Positions 1-14,408 are shown, counted from the first letter of the stretch. The stretch is DNA of 64,000 nt from Eledone cirrhosa (GCA_964016885.1 OZ024743.1:175212001-175276000), one strand, 5' to 3'. Notes: generated from the letters alone by a model not told the origin. Numbers and translations are program-made.

Positions 1-167
1 ACACTATTTCGCCTAAAGGCGTAGAATATTTTGAGAGACTGACCAGATCAAAGTTTGACCTGGCAGTCTCTCTACAAAATGGTACAAAAATGAAAGTTTA
101 CAGTTCACAATTTCCAGATAAATTTAAACGAAACTTACCGAGCGAGCTCAGCACATGTGTCTATCCC

Positions 168-265
168 AGATAGATAGATAGCAAGATAGATAGGTAGATA
201 GATAGATAGATTTATTTATTTATTTACTTTATTTATTTATTTATTGATAGATAGATTGATAGATC
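168..265. repeat. (GATA)n/(TTTA)n compound microsatellite
   Basis: Direct reading: agatagatagata... followed by tttatttattta... Confidence 0.9.
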
Positions 266-774
266 GATGAACTATGACATTCTATCATAAATACTAAGCA
301 AGTAAAAGAACGCTGTCTCTAGCCATGACATGACAATTCCACCATGACATGTTATTTGTAGTATTATATTTGTCATATCTTTTCTTCTTTTGATACATTA
401 CAAATATGAAACACACACTTTAACAAGAAACAAAACAAAGTCGTCTGCCGATTTACATATTCTTATATATAATATTTTTGTCATAACTCTTCAAAAGAAA
501 AACAGAACAATAAGAAGAACAGAAAAATAAGAAGAAAGTTAATGCGAGATATTCTTGAGTTTCTTTGGAAGAAATCTTAAATACATATTCATCACAGCAA
601 AATATTTCTGTCTTATCCTCTTTTTTTTTTTTATCTCACCATTAGAAGAATAGAAAAATGTAGAAGATCGGCAGTAAACATTAATGAATATATATCTATA
701 GCTTGAATTCGTTCGTCGTTTACGTTTGTTTTTCCCTGTGCATATTTGTTAATATTTATTATACTGGTAACCAG

Positions 775-946
775 GGCGGTGGATTAGCAGTGTCGGTAGA
801 GGATCGGACGCCATGCTTTGCAGCATAGAATTACGACCCTTTATGATCTGAATTCAAATCCTGCCGAGGTTAACTTTGCCTTTCATCCTTACTTGGTCGA
901 TAAAATAAAGTACCAATCACGCACTAGGTAGATTTAATCGACATTC

Positions 947-978
<32 letters not shown>

Positions 979-1015
979 AAATTGCTGGCCTTGTGCCTAT
1001 ATGAGAAACCATATA
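775..1015 (+). mobile_element. tRNA-related SINE (resembles octopus SINE families), near full length
   Basis: A-box-like ggcggtggattagcag and B-box-like ttcaaatcc, then core ttgcctttcatcc...gtcgataaaataaagtacc, a poly-C tract and 3' end ttgctggccttgtgcct...agaaac(aat)n. Homologous copies lie at 27107, 58745 and 59611. Confidence 0.75.
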
Positions 1016-1315
1016 ATAATACTGGTAACTGCTACGCACCCACATTTGATTTGATTCAACTAACGTTCACGTTTGCAACGACCATGATTGTGTTTTTAAA
1101 TACTCTTCACCTCTCTCCCTCCTTCCTTTTTGGCCGAAAGTCCCTTGTTTTCTTTCTTTCTTGCGTTACCTATTGCGCATATATCCTTGTCATTTTACAA
1201 GTTACATAGACTTCTTGAATGTTGTTTGAGTAGAGACACTTCTTTGTACTGTATATTTTCTGTTCAGTTTGTTTATGTGTTATCTTATGCAGCTCTCGGG
1301 CGCCTAAAAACATTA

Positions 1316-1346
<31 letters not shown>

Positions 1347-1347
1347 G

Positions 1348-1413
<66 letters not shown>

Positions 1414-1571
1414 TTTATGTCTTGTTATTCTGCAGTTTCGTCTGTTTTTCACAGGGTCATAAACAGGCCAAACTGGAGAGTAACAAGACTCAGGTTTTTA
1501 GCCTCAAATGAATATGAAAATATATCTACTTCGGTACTGAGTATTCCTTTCTCTCAGCCGTTAAACCCATG

Positions 1572-1647
<76 letters not shown>

Positions 1648-1671
1648 TATACATATATATATGTGTGTGTG

Positions 1672-2372
1672 TTGGTAAGGTCCACAAATACTTGGTAAAG
1701 TGAATGCTGCTCAACACACTTCTCCATAAGCTGACGGGCTGAGAAAATCATGTCCATAGTATCCCGCCCACCTCTGAATCCACACTGGGTCTCAGGGATG
1801 ACGCCAGGGCAGATCCATTTCATTAGACGATTCAGCAAGACCTTCGATAAGACCTTTCCTACCGATTCGAGTAGACTTATACCAAGATAATCACCGCATT
1901 CCGATTTGGCGCCTTTACAAAATTGCATGACAGGCTCACCATGCCATACAGATAAGGCTAGCTCATGAATAGCCATAGCAACATTTTCTCCTCAAAAGCG
2001 AATCAGCTCAACAGGTATTCCATCCAAATCTGGAGCTTCCTCTATATTTATCTCTTTAATAGTAGACATTATCTCGTTAAAGGTTGGATCATTCATCATC
2101 CCTGTTAGTCTCCTTTTGTGGCAGTCCTTTAACAATTTCCTCATCAGCTACACATGGATTGTGAAACAGAGCTTTAAAATGTTCAGTCCACCGACTCATA
2201 ATACATGCTGCATCTTTGATGAGGACGTTCCCATCTTTTGACTTTAATGGTGCCATTTTTGAGGTTTGTGGACCAAAAACCTATTTGCGGTATAGAGTTT
2301 TCAGGTCTCTGCAGGTATAAGCCTTCTGCATCTCTCCTGAAACTTCAGGCCACCAGTTATTCTTTATCTTTT
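1672..2372 (-). pseudogene. RTE-clade LINE, inverted 5' segment (pre-RT region and RT start)
   Basis: Minus-strand translation gives APLKSKDGNVLIKD...RWTEHFKALFHNP and GISLLESVGKVLSKVLLNRL...PETQCGFRGGRDTMDMIFSARQLMEKC...VFVDLT, with frameshifts. Confidence 0.9.
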
Positions 2373-3915
2373 GCCTTTGATACTGTTAATTGTAGTGCAT
2401 TGTGGGTCATATTGGGGAAAATTGGATGCCTTCATGAATTTGTTGGAATATTCAGAAAACTTCATCAAGATATGAAAGCAAAAGCGAACTTCAATGGGAC
2501 ACTTTCAGAGCCAATTTCAGTGGAAAGCGGTGTTAAACAAGGCGACATACTTGCACCCACTCTGTTCTCCATCTACTTTGCTGTACTGCTGACATATGCT
2601 TTCCAAGATTTTCGGTGTATACTTGCGAATTAGAACCTCTGGCAAAGTATTTGATCTAAGACGGTTTAACACTAAGGCGAAAGCTTTTGGCACTCTTGTT
2701 AGGGAGTTCCTGTATAGTGATGATGCAGATTTTGTGGTTCACACAGTAGAAGACATGCAGTTGATATTGGACACCTCTTCCAATGCATGTTCTGTGTTTG
2801 GGCTAAATATTAGTCTAAAAAAGACTAAGGTCATGTACAATCCACCAGTTGGGAAAGTGTATGTGGAGCCAGACGTTTTCGTGAAAGGAAAGACTTGAGG
2901 TGGTGGACAGCTTTGTGTATTTCGGAAATATACTTAGTAGAGATGGTACCCTCAATGCAGAAATAGATCACTGGATTGTGAAAGCAAGTCTGGCCTTCGG
3001 GAAGCTTGAGAAGCGAGTCTGGTCAAATCAGGGTATCACGAAAAACACAAAGCTCGCTGTGTATGAGGCCCGTGTTTTTATAGCCCTGCTATATGGATAT
3101 CAGGTAGCTGAAAAGATTTCATCAGCATTGTATACGACGCATCACGAACATCATGTGGTCCTCTTACACACACACAATGCTGCGGTACTTGAGAAAGTAG
3201 GTAGCACCAGTATTGAGAGGAGGATTATTATGAACCAGATGCGTTGTGCTGGTTATGTGGGCAGGATGGAAGATGGCATGCTGCCTAATCAGCTGTTTAT
3301 GGGGAGCTGACCAGTGGGAAAAGGCCGCAGCATAAACCAAAGAAGCGGTTTAAGCATGTCTTAAACGACAATCTTAAAGTTCTGAAGATTGATATGGAGA
3401 ACTGGGAGAGACTGGCTCAAGGCCGTACACCATGGAGAAAGATAATCAAATATGGATGTGATGTCTTTGCTTGCGAAAAAGTGAGTGGAGAATGCTGTTT
3501 TGAAGCGTTCACTTCGTGAGCGGGACTCTAGTGCAATGCCTGCAGAAATTCAGCAAGATTTGAGGTGCAATGTAAGTGGCCGATTTCTTATAACATGAGT
3601 TGGTTTTGTTAACCATCTGAAATCACAGGGGCCAGAGAGAAATAGAGCCAACTGTGAGATGGTTCTATCGCCACACACTCCACTGCATATTTGCAGTGAA
3701 TGTGGCTTAATTTGCAAGTCAGCGAGTCATCTGACCAGACATGGTAAAATGCATGAAAACACATCCCAGCCGGTATTGGCAGGAGACAGACAGTTCAAGT
3801 GTTACATCTGGGAACATATCTGCAAAACAAAAGCGGGTCTGAAAAGTCACCTGTGTGCACATGACCGTGCAATGTTCAATGAAGGGATGGCACTCTTCTG
3901 ATGAGAAGTACCAAT
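2373..3915 (+). pseudogene. RTE-clade LINE, 3' segment (RT core, thumb, C-terminal C2H2 fingers), frameshifted
   Basis: AFDTVN, GVKQGDILAPTLF, LYSDD, GLNISLKKTKVM, FVYFG, AFGKLEKRVW, then CSECGLICKSASHLTRHGKMH and CYIWEHICKTKAGLKSHLCAH; ends in (CA)n(TA)n. Confidence 0.9.
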
Positions 3916-3990
3916 CAACACACACACATATATATATATATATATATGGTGAACCTACAATAACTGGACGTTACATTTCCTAGATACATT

Positions 3991-4071
<81 letters not shown>

Positions 4072-4179
4072 TATATATATCCAGGGAGTGTAACTTGAAG
4101 TTACTGTAGGTTCACCCGGGTGACTACTCGTTGTTTAGGTTCACGTCAGTGGCGAGGTGTAAAGCTAGACAGAGTGTAA

Positions 4180-4378
4180 TATAATAATACAAGGACGATT
4201 TGTTAAGCCTTTATTACGTTTATTGATTGGTGACGGGCGTTTCGCTATGATCAGCTTTTGATTCCAGAGTCAGGCCAGATCGACACAGATCGAACTTTGA
4301 ACTGAACAATAGCGAAACGCGCGTCACCAATCAATAAACGTAATGAAGGCTTAACAAATCGTCCTTGTATTATTATAT
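4180..4378. mobile_element. Palindromic PLE-terminus-like insertion carrying the 3' half of a hammerhead
   Basis: Arms of ~68 bp (ataataatacaaggacg...tttcgctat / atagcgaaacgcgcgtcaccaatcaataaa...ttattat). Contains GAAAC-GCGC-GUC followed by AATAAA. Confidence 0.65.
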
Positions 4379-4805
4379 ATAAATATATATATGGCATTTC
4401 ACACATTTACAGAATAGTAGTGCATTGCATATAACGTATTGTATGTCTATAGTATATATATTTATGTGTGTGTGTGTGTGTGTGTGTGTGTGACAACTGA
4501 CGACCAAAGAGGGACGTCACCTGAAGCCATTTCAATAAATCTATTTTGCAAATTTGGAAATATATTTCATTCTTTCGAACCTCTTCTGTATCTAACAATA
4601 AACTATCTAATTTTGCTTAGAAGGAAATTCTTTTCTCTTCCTCTCTTTCTCTTGTGTTCTTTAGTTCGAAATCTTTCTAATATCCTTCCTGTTCCTTTTA
4701 AATTACTCCCAATATCGACCCCGCCCCCGCCACGCCCTCCGTCCGTTTTCATGTGGCCCTTAGCCCGTGCTATTAAATATCATCCAAATCTCGTTTGTCT
4801 TTCTG

Positions 4806-5176
<371 letters not shown>

Positions 5177-5218
5177 TATATATATATGCTATATGTATAT
5201 GCATATATATACATATAA

Positions 5219-5272
<54 letters not shown>

Positions 5273-5466
5273 TCAGGTTTGAGGTTCTCCACTGTATAGA
5301 GCTGGTCTATTCCGTATGGTCAATCGTAATGCAATACTATAGAGAGTACTCAACGTAAAGCAGTTCAACCGTCTTAGTTTTTGTAGTTGGTGGTGCTATT
5401 ACGGAGTTAAATATTATAATGAAATGACAGGAGGCTGGATTTGTGTAAATCCTTGAAAGGTTTATT

Positions 5467-5524
5467 ATACTATGATCATTTCAATGACCGGGTTCCGTAT
5501 GAATCCGGTGATATCATCAGGTAT
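5467..5524 (-). ncRNA. Type I hammerhead ribozyme motif (minimal helix III, PLE-type)
   Basis: Minus strand: AUAC-CUGAUGA-uau.ACCGG...CCGGU.cauu-GAAA-U-GAUC-A-UA^GUAU, immediately followed by AAUAAA. Confidence 0.7.
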
Positions 5525-5992
5525 TCGAAATATAATACGTGAATGTAATAGGTATCTGTGTGTTTCTAAATATATTAATAACTCCCTCTGGTCGAGCAAT
5601 CTTTGAAGTGTGGGGACAACTGGAAAGCTTCCATTACTCATACTTCTCGCCTTCTTCACTACCTCTTCTACGGCCTCGATATGAATACCCCCTCCGCCTC
5701 CGTGGTATTTTCTTCGTGGTTATAAGAGGCTTAGCTCTGTTTCTCGACCGTTATATCGCGTGACTATCTCCCCCTCCGCCTTTTGGGATTCTTTCTCACG
5801 TCGTGTAGACGCGTTCTTGAGACTAGTAAAATGAGGTATCCTCTTGATAAGTCGGCAGACCTCGCAAGGACTCTATATCTTTGATATATTGTTTTTGTTT
5901 ATGCCACGAAACTACGTAGTCGAGGAATTTAGGAACAGTTTAGGTATGATACATTTTATTACTAATTATATCTAAATGTTTCTTCTCTCTTC

Positions 5993-6023
<31 letters not shown>

Positions 6024-6026
<3 letters not shown>

Positions 6027-6596
6027 ATCCATGTGCAACCAGCAGTATTCTTCTCACCCATATTTTCATATATTTACCCAAACTGCAATTCTGTGTTTCT
6101 CTCTTTCTCTCTTACTGCTCCCTCGTTCTCTCTGTTTCTCTTACTTTCTTTCGTCCCCTCTGCCATGTCAGTTAACACTTTCTCTCTACTGACCTCTTCG
6201 TCGCACTCCCACTCACTCAGTCCCTGTTTCTCCCCTTCTTTCTTCCTCCCGTTCGCTGTGAAAACGGTTCTCCTTCTTTCTAACACCGAATTCACTAGCG
6301 AAAGGTCTGTTTCTGACTCGCGCATATTTTCACACAGCTTATGCTGAAAGAATAACTATGTTGCTTGTGTTTATTTCCATCTTCGGTTAGCTTCCCCCTG
6401 TGTTGTTTATTTGTCTCACTCGCTTTACGCGTTTCTATTGTCCTAATAACTTATTTTAGTTATTATCGCTCCAACGTGAGGTATATGATTTTTAATGCGA
6501 TGAAATACCCATGATCGTTTGGTAAATCACTGATGAGGGACTCATTTTATAACATGTTATCCATGTGCAACCAGCAGTATTCTTCTCACCCATATT

Positions 6597-6602
<6 letters not shown>
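6024..6602. mobile_element. Short element with ~47-bp terminal direct repeat, inserted in (TA)n
   Basis: gttatccatgtgcaaccagcagtattcttctcacccatatttttcat at 6024 and 6556; (TA)n on both sides. Confidence 0.55.
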
Positions 6603-6625
<23 letters not shown>

Positions 6626-6633
<8 letters not shown>

Positions 6634-7565
6634 TTTACATATATATATACATACACATACATATACGTGTTTTGCAACTGGTCACTTTGTGGCTCAATGA
6701 AAAATTAATAAATTAAACAATCAGAGCTATATATCATAAAACATGTCTATAGAATCACAAGATAAAATATATACTATTTCCTCTCCCAATTAGCATAATT
6801 AACTATATAAAAAATCGAATAGACCAGGCAGGCTATACAAATGAGGCTTCTATGAAGGAATCTCTGACAAATAACCAAAACTAGCGCTTCGCGTCGGCCG
6901 TAGCGGAATATTTATCGAATATTTCGACAGCGTAATCGCCTAGATATAGTCAACTAAACAGAATTAGGTTTAAAATAAACTAGGATAAAATAGAATACAT
7001 TTAAATACCTCTACCATGGTTTCGTCCGTGTTTTGAGTTTTCCAATAATTATGTAATAATTATATAAACTCGAGCGCCGGATTCTTCAGGAAGCTCGCTC
7101 ATATCTAGACATTAAATTTTCCAAAGCGATCGCGCCAAGAATTCATTTCAAAATGGCTAAAAATCGTGACGTAGTCGCGGTCAAGTTGGAAGGGGTGTAG
7201 TAGTTGCTTACGACTGGTGGCATTTTTGATTGAAAGCACAGCACAATACAGCCAAATTTATATCTCAACCTAGTGGGAGATTATTACATATAAAAGTTTA
7301 CATATATATATACATACACATACATATACGTGTTTTGCAACTGGTCACTTTGTGGCTCAATGAAAAATTAATAAATTAAACAATCAGATATTCCGCTACG
7401 GCCGACGCGAAGCGCTAGTTTTGGTTATTTGTCGGAGATTCCTTCATAGAAGCCTCATTCGTATAGCCTGGTCTATTCGATTTTTTATATAGTTAATTAT
7501 GCTAATTGGGAGAGGAAATAGTATATATTTTATCTTGTGATTCTATAGACATGTTTTATGATATA
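6626..7565 (-). mobile_element. Non-autonomous PLE/retrozyme-like element (~660-bp unit, partial tandem plus inverted tail)
   Basis: Direct repeat 6626-6726 / 7288-7388; 7389-7565 is the reverse complement of ~6729-6911; hammerhead at 7007-7094; (TA)n flanks; no ORF. Confidence 0.75.
7007..7094 (-). ncRNA. Type I hammerhead ribozyme motif
   Basis: Minus strand: GCUUC-CUGAAGA-a.UCCG...CGGA.c-GAAA-C-CAUG-G-UA^GAGGU; palindromic ACCAUGGU helix III. Confidence 0.7.
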
Positions 7566-7819
7566 TATATATATACATACACACACACACACACACATAT
7601 TTATGTGTATATATATATATATATATTGGTAAACGGAATAGAAAATGCTGACAAATTGTTCACAGTTGAAAAATGGTTTAATTAGGAATAAAAGAGTATT
7701 AGTGATTGTATGGGTTAGTATTCAGTTGTGGTTTTAAGTTTTTAAGTTTTTACCGGTTGCGCATTTCTAAATGCTTTTCAAAAATAATTTTGAGATAGAG
7801 TGTCCGTGCTGTTTGCTCT

Positions 7820-8017
<198 letters not shown>

Positions 8018-8784
8018 GAAATGAGAGCTATATATTAAGATCAGATCCGTTATATTCACCATGAACACAGTGTAATGACTTCTTACTTCGGGTTAAAGTT
8101 TCAGTTTTATTATAGAATAACAATACAAATATGTTCTTTCAAAACCTTTGTGAAGAACATTACTGAGAGCAATTATAGGCTGTATATATATCTATATCTA
8201 TATATATCTATATATATATGTGTGTGTGTATGTGTGTGTGTGTGTCTGTGTGTCTGTGTGTGTGTGGTGTGTAATACCAAATACACACGTACATATTACA
8301 ATTACCTCCCTTCCAAACACTCAAATATTGACATACAGTCAGATGAATAGCATATCTTCATATCTTCGTTCCTACATTATCTCTCTCTTTCTGTCTCTCC
8401 TCTCTCCCTCTCGCTCTCTCTATTTATCTCTCTACCACAAACGCTTTCCTGCTTCATCTAGAATATGTTTTTTGTGCTCCATGAAGCATTTTTAGAAGAA
8501 GAATATAAATTTGGGTGAAGGTCAAAGTTGATTAAATCAACCCCACTACTTGACTGTTATTTTATTGTATCGATTCTGAAAGGATGAAAGACCTAGCACT
8601 ATTAGGACAAAATGACCCACCCCACGAAATATAAAAAATATCTGTTTCAACACACGATTTCATATCAAAACCCTCGCACAACAAATTTGAACCCAGAATG
8701 TAAAAAGCAACAACAAATCCAACATTGTATCCAACGTTCATTCAGTTCTGCCAATCTTCTAGACTTGTAAACATTAGATAATGT

Positions 8785-9141
8785 ACAAATATCGGCTGAA
8801 AGTTTCACAGGCTGAAAAGTTCATATGTTGACCAAGATACTCTCGTGGAATGACAAAAATGAGGTTTATTTTTCAACATAATCCGTGAATAAAAAACAAT
8901 GCAGTTATTAATAAGATGATTTGAAATTAATGACATACAAGATTCCACTGCTCTAGCAGCACTCCTTCATAGTCAGCCTATGGCCAAGATACTCTCGTGG
9001 AATGACCAAATGATGTTTATTTTTCAACATAATCCCCGGAAAGAAACAATAAGAAGAGCTGAAATTAATGCATACAAGATTACACAGCTCTAGCACCAAT
9101 CCCTCATAGTCAACCTATGAATTTTTTAGCCGAACCTTGTA
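8785..9141. mobile_element. Non-autonomous Tc1/mariner-type element with internal duplication
   Basis: Imperfect TIRs tacaa..tcggctgaaagtttcacaggctga / tcaacctatgaaattttttagccgaaccttgta. Internal repeat ccaagatactctcgtggaatgac...ttatttttcaacataatcc at ~8832 and ~8984. Confidence 0.55.
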
Positions 9142-9326
9142 TTAAAAAATGTTCATGTTTGCTCAGTCAGAGTTGACATGGTGCTAAACAAAGAAAACAA
9201 CGAGTGCTAGATGCATTTTCGACATCACACATACAACTGAGTGAACTGAGTGATATTACGTTAATTTAGATTTCTAAGTAAGATCATATATATAGACGCA
9301 GCACCATGCCAAAATCACGAAATATG

Positions 9327-9630
9327 TGGCTAGTTTAGTGGTTAATATTTTCAGCTCATGATAGTAAGGTTATTTGTACGATTCCCTGTGGCGTGTTGTG
9401 TCCTTGAGCAAGACACTTTATTGAACGTTGCTACAGTCTACTGAGCTGGCAAAAATTGATTGTACCTACAACTTTTAAGGGACCAGCTTTGTCACACATT
9501 GTGTCTCACTGAGATTTACGTTAAGAGTACACGTGAATCTAGAATGCTAAGACATTTGCGCATTAATTTCACAAGTAGAATGCTATGTTTGAATCCACTG
9601 GAACACTCACCGTCGGAGGTCCAACACGCG
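9327..9630 (+). mobile_element. tRNA-derived SINE with CORE/Meta-type conserved domain
   Basis: A-box-like gtggctagtttagtggttaa and B-box-like tacgattccc, then tgtgtccttgagcaagacacttta; ends in (CA)n. Confidence 0.6.
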
Positions 9631-9976
9631 AGCGCACACACACACACACAAACAGTAGGCTATCAATATCGCGTGATTTACACTGACATAATACTGCATC
9701 AATGCAAGTTTTCAGAATCCATGCTGAGAGATTGAGAATCGTCTAAAGAGAAAACAACATTTTCCTCCGAAATATATTTTCTTTCAAACTAGTTACATTA
9801 CACCAAATAACTTCCATCTATTTAAACGAAAAGTTTTTCCTAAATTTACTTCTAAAACTAAATTCTAAGACTGGAATAAACAAATAAAAAACTATAAATT
9901 GTATCACATAATGTGCATTACATGATACATATGCAAGCATGCGCGCACTCACAAAAATATGCTCATACACGCATGC

Positions 9977-10026
<50 letters not shown>

Positions 10027-10028
<2 letters not shown>

Positions 10029-10230
10029 CGAAGAAAATGTGGTAAGGAACCAGATGGATCATAACGCACCAAAGTACTCAATACTTAGGGTAGTAGAGTG
10101 GGTAATAGGAACGAGTAGGACCCCGACGGCTGAGCTCAAGCTGTTTCGACGGCTAATTCTGGACTCGAATTCTGTCCCCAGAATTACCCGTCGAAACGGC
10201 TTGAGCTCAGCCGTCGGGGTCCTACTCGTT

Positions 10231-10234
<4 letters not shown>
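10027..10234. mobile_element. Asymmetric palindromic element, family F, copy 1
   Basis: Long arm ...gtggtaaggaacc...gagtgggtaatagg...gaccccgacggctgagctcaagc.gtttcgacgg and short inverted arm ending ttcc(ta)n. Confidence 0.85.
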
Positions 10235-10276
<42 letters not shown>

Positions 10277-10280
<4 letters not shown>

Positions 10281-10464
10281 AAAATGTATGACCCCGACGG
10301 GGCAGAGCTCAAGCTAGAATTTAGTCCAGAGATAGCTGTCGAAACGGCTTGAGCTCTGCCGTCGGGGTCATACATTTTCCTATTACCCACTCTACTACCC
10401 TAACTATTGAGTACTCTGGTGCGTTATGGTCCATCTTGTTCCTTACCACAACTCCTTCGTTATA
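10277..10464. mobile_element. Asymmetric palindromic element, family F, copy 2 (opposite orientation)
   Basis: cgaaacggcttgagctctgccgtcggggtc...cctattacccactctactaccc...ccttaccac...cttcgtta; (TA)n flanks. Confidence 0.85.
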
Positions 10465-10501
<37 letters not shown>

Positions 10502-10528
10502 GAGTGTGTGTGTGTGTGTGTGTGCATA

Positions 10529-10630
10529 TACGGGGTCTCCTAAAATGTATACACACTTTGATTACCTGTACAGGCAATATTTATGAGAATGCGGTTGAAG
10601 TGTGTATACATTTTTGGGGAACATCTTGTA
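10529..10630. mobile_element. Tc1/mariner-type MITE (~100 bp)
   Basis: TIRs ta-cggggtctcctaaaatgtatacacactt / aagtgtgtatacatttttggggaacatcttg-ta; TA at both ends. Confidence 0.55.
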
Positions 10631-10766
10631 TATATAGATATGCAAACACACATAAATACATGTGTGCGTTATTTAAGTGTGTAACTATAGTTACAGGCGG
10701 TGCGCCGCGAAGCAATCGATGTTGTCTCGAGTTCCATCTCGTGTTGTGTTGTATTCCACGGTTAAG

Positions 10767-11001
10767 ACGGCTGTAGTGTGTAGAGTGTAAATAAAGTAAG
10801 TTAGGATTGTTTTTGCACATATAAACTCACATAATTGAAGAGATGTCGAGGAAAGATTTGACCCCGGTCATTATGATTGCACCCTGAGCTGATCGATATT
10901 AAAGCGACCCTAATATGCCAATAAATGATTATATATATGCTGTAACACTGACTTCGATCCTACTTTATACACACGCACACACACACACATATATATATAT
11001 A

Positions 11002-11085
<84 letters not shown>

Positions 11086-11936
11086 TGTATGTATGTATGT
11101 ATGTATGTTTATATCAGGTCACCAGATGGTGCTACTGGTAACACGTATCCCAGTACAACCTGTCCCATGGTCGGGTCGTTGGCGACTAAACTGGCAACCC
11201 CACCAATGTTTCTTGGTGAGGAGGGTGACTTTGGACATCCTGCAGGACTAAAAACAAAACCTGTCAAAGGGCAAAGGAGCTCTTTAGAGTCAATGGCCAT
11301 CCAAAATCACCGGGAGAGATGACCCCTTAGCCTTTGTCAAGGCAGAATTCTAGGAGAAGGAAAACTCTGATATAACACCTGCAACCCTGATGGTATCCAA
11401 TGATGTTGACTTGTTCTTCTTTTTGGTAAATATCATCTTGGTTAAGGGAGTGGGACTGGCTTTGTGCAGTGCCTTTGCTCACTATAAAAGCTTCACGGCA
11501 CAGGCATTGCTTTATATCTGGAGATCTCTCTGCACTTGTCATCACATGGTACCATGGGCCCAGCACTATGTGTCAATAATTGTCACAAGTGTAGTGTTTG
11601 TACCAGAGTTTTCAAGTCGCTGGCTGGAATAAAAAGTCACACTCGTTTAGAGCATCGGTAGGAGATCTCCTACATGGATATAAAATAGTGGCCTTACTCG
11701 AAAACGAGTTGGCCGCCACCATGTATGTATATAAAGTAGGTAGGATCGAAGTCAGTGTTACAGCATATATATAATCATTTATTGGCATATTACAGTCGCT
11801 TCAATATTGATCACCTCAGGGTGCAATCATAATGACCGGGGTCAAATCTTTCCTCGACATCTCTTCAGATATGTGAGTTTATATGTGCAAAAACAATCCT
11901 AACTTACTTTATTTACACTCTACACACTACAGCCGT
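10767..11936. repeat. ~200-bp inverted repeat pair (10767-10970 / 11728-11936) with a degenerate hammerhead, enclosing an RTE derivative
   Basis: The arms are reverse complements. Motif catat-ctgaaga-gatgtcga...tcgatatt-(g)aag...gta-atatg followed by aataaa. Confidence 0.75.
11110..11725 (+). mobile_element. Short internally deleted RTE-like LINE derivative
   Basis: 5'-UTR-like gagaaggaaaactctga motif. 3' end encodes the C2H2 finger CSVCTRVFKSLAGIKSHTRLEH* (11581-11661). (TATG)n on both sides. Confidence 0.5.
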
Positions 11937-11938
11937 TT

Positions 11939-12096
11939 GAAAATGTTTAATCCCGTCGACTGAGCTCAAGCCGTTTCGAAACGGCTTGAGCTCTGCCGTC
12001 GGGGTTAAACATTTTCCTATTATTCACTCTATCACTCTAAGTATTGAGTACTTTGGTGTGTTATGGTCCATCTCGTTCCTTACCACACCTCCTTTG

Positions 12097-12100
<4 letters not shown>
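11939..12100. mobile_element. Asymmetric palindromic element, family F, copy 3 (central loop lost)
   Basis: ...gagctcaagccgtttc|gaaacggcttgagctctgccgtcgggg...cctattattcactcta...ccttaccac...gtta. Confidence 0.8.
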
Positions 12101-12139
<39 letters not shown>

Positions 12140-12145
<6 letters not shown>

Positions 12146-12249
12146 TAACAGATTAAAGTTTAAGCAAAGAATCACTGCTTATACCCTTAACGGGATCTTC
12201 TGAAAGAGTTTCAGAAGATCCCGTTAAGGGTGAAAGCACCGATTCTTTG

Positions 12250-12253
<4 letters not shown>
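12140..12253. mobile_element. Fold-back palindrome of the 3' terminus of the PLE family at 23057
   Basis: taaaataacagattaaagtttaagcaaagaatc...cccttaacgggatcttctgaaa-gag-tttcagaagatcccgttaagggtgaaagc; matches 23057-23120 and 25037-25087. Confidence 0.85.
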
Positions 12254-12325
<72 letters not shown>

Positions 12326-12514
12326 TAATAAACGAAAGATATACGCTTATATCATCTCTATTTATTTCATTATATACATATATTTCAAATATGCAAAGTT
12401 TTATGTATAATATAAAGCAAAACATGTTCTCCTCAGACAAAATACATAGAAAATGTATAATCTTTTCCTGATATGCTAGTAGACAAACAAACTGGACAGA
12501 TCGGTGACCACCAG

Positions 12515-13631
<1,117 letters not shown>

Positions 13632-13715
13632 AAAGGTAAACAGAAATAACAACACAGTCGGTACAGTATATGGAAGGAATATCTTAGGTTAACGCTTGAA
13701 ATAGCAGGAAGAGGG

Positions 13716-13751
13716 TCTTAACGTTTCGGACGCTAGTCCTTCCTCAGAAGA
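13716..13751 (-). ncRNA. Minimal type I hammerhead motif (PLE pLTR type)
   Basis: Minus strand: UCUU-CUGAGGA-A-GGAC-UAGC-GUCC-GAAAC-GUU^AAGA. Confidence 0.75.
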
Positions 13752-13906
13752 AAGAATGAGAAATAAGATAGATTGAAGGGACAGGCATTCAGATATTTAA
13801 AGCTCGGATGTGGTTTTTTTCAATATCCAGATTAGCGAAAAGTATTTCAGAGGTAAATCCAGTTGGTACACTTCCGGTCATCGTAGATTTATAATCACAG
13901 AGTATA

Positions 13907-14408
<502 letters not shown>

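Noticed and set aside
125-165. Minus-strand splice donor (GGTAAGT) suggesting a host exon
   Set aside because: Single motif with no supporting acceptor or coding signal.
3659-3901. Host C2H2 zinc-finger gene
   Set aside because: Contiguous with the RTE ORF and lacks TGEKP linkers.
6520-6560. CTGATGAG as a hammerhead core
   Set aside because: No matching GAAA and helix III found downstream.
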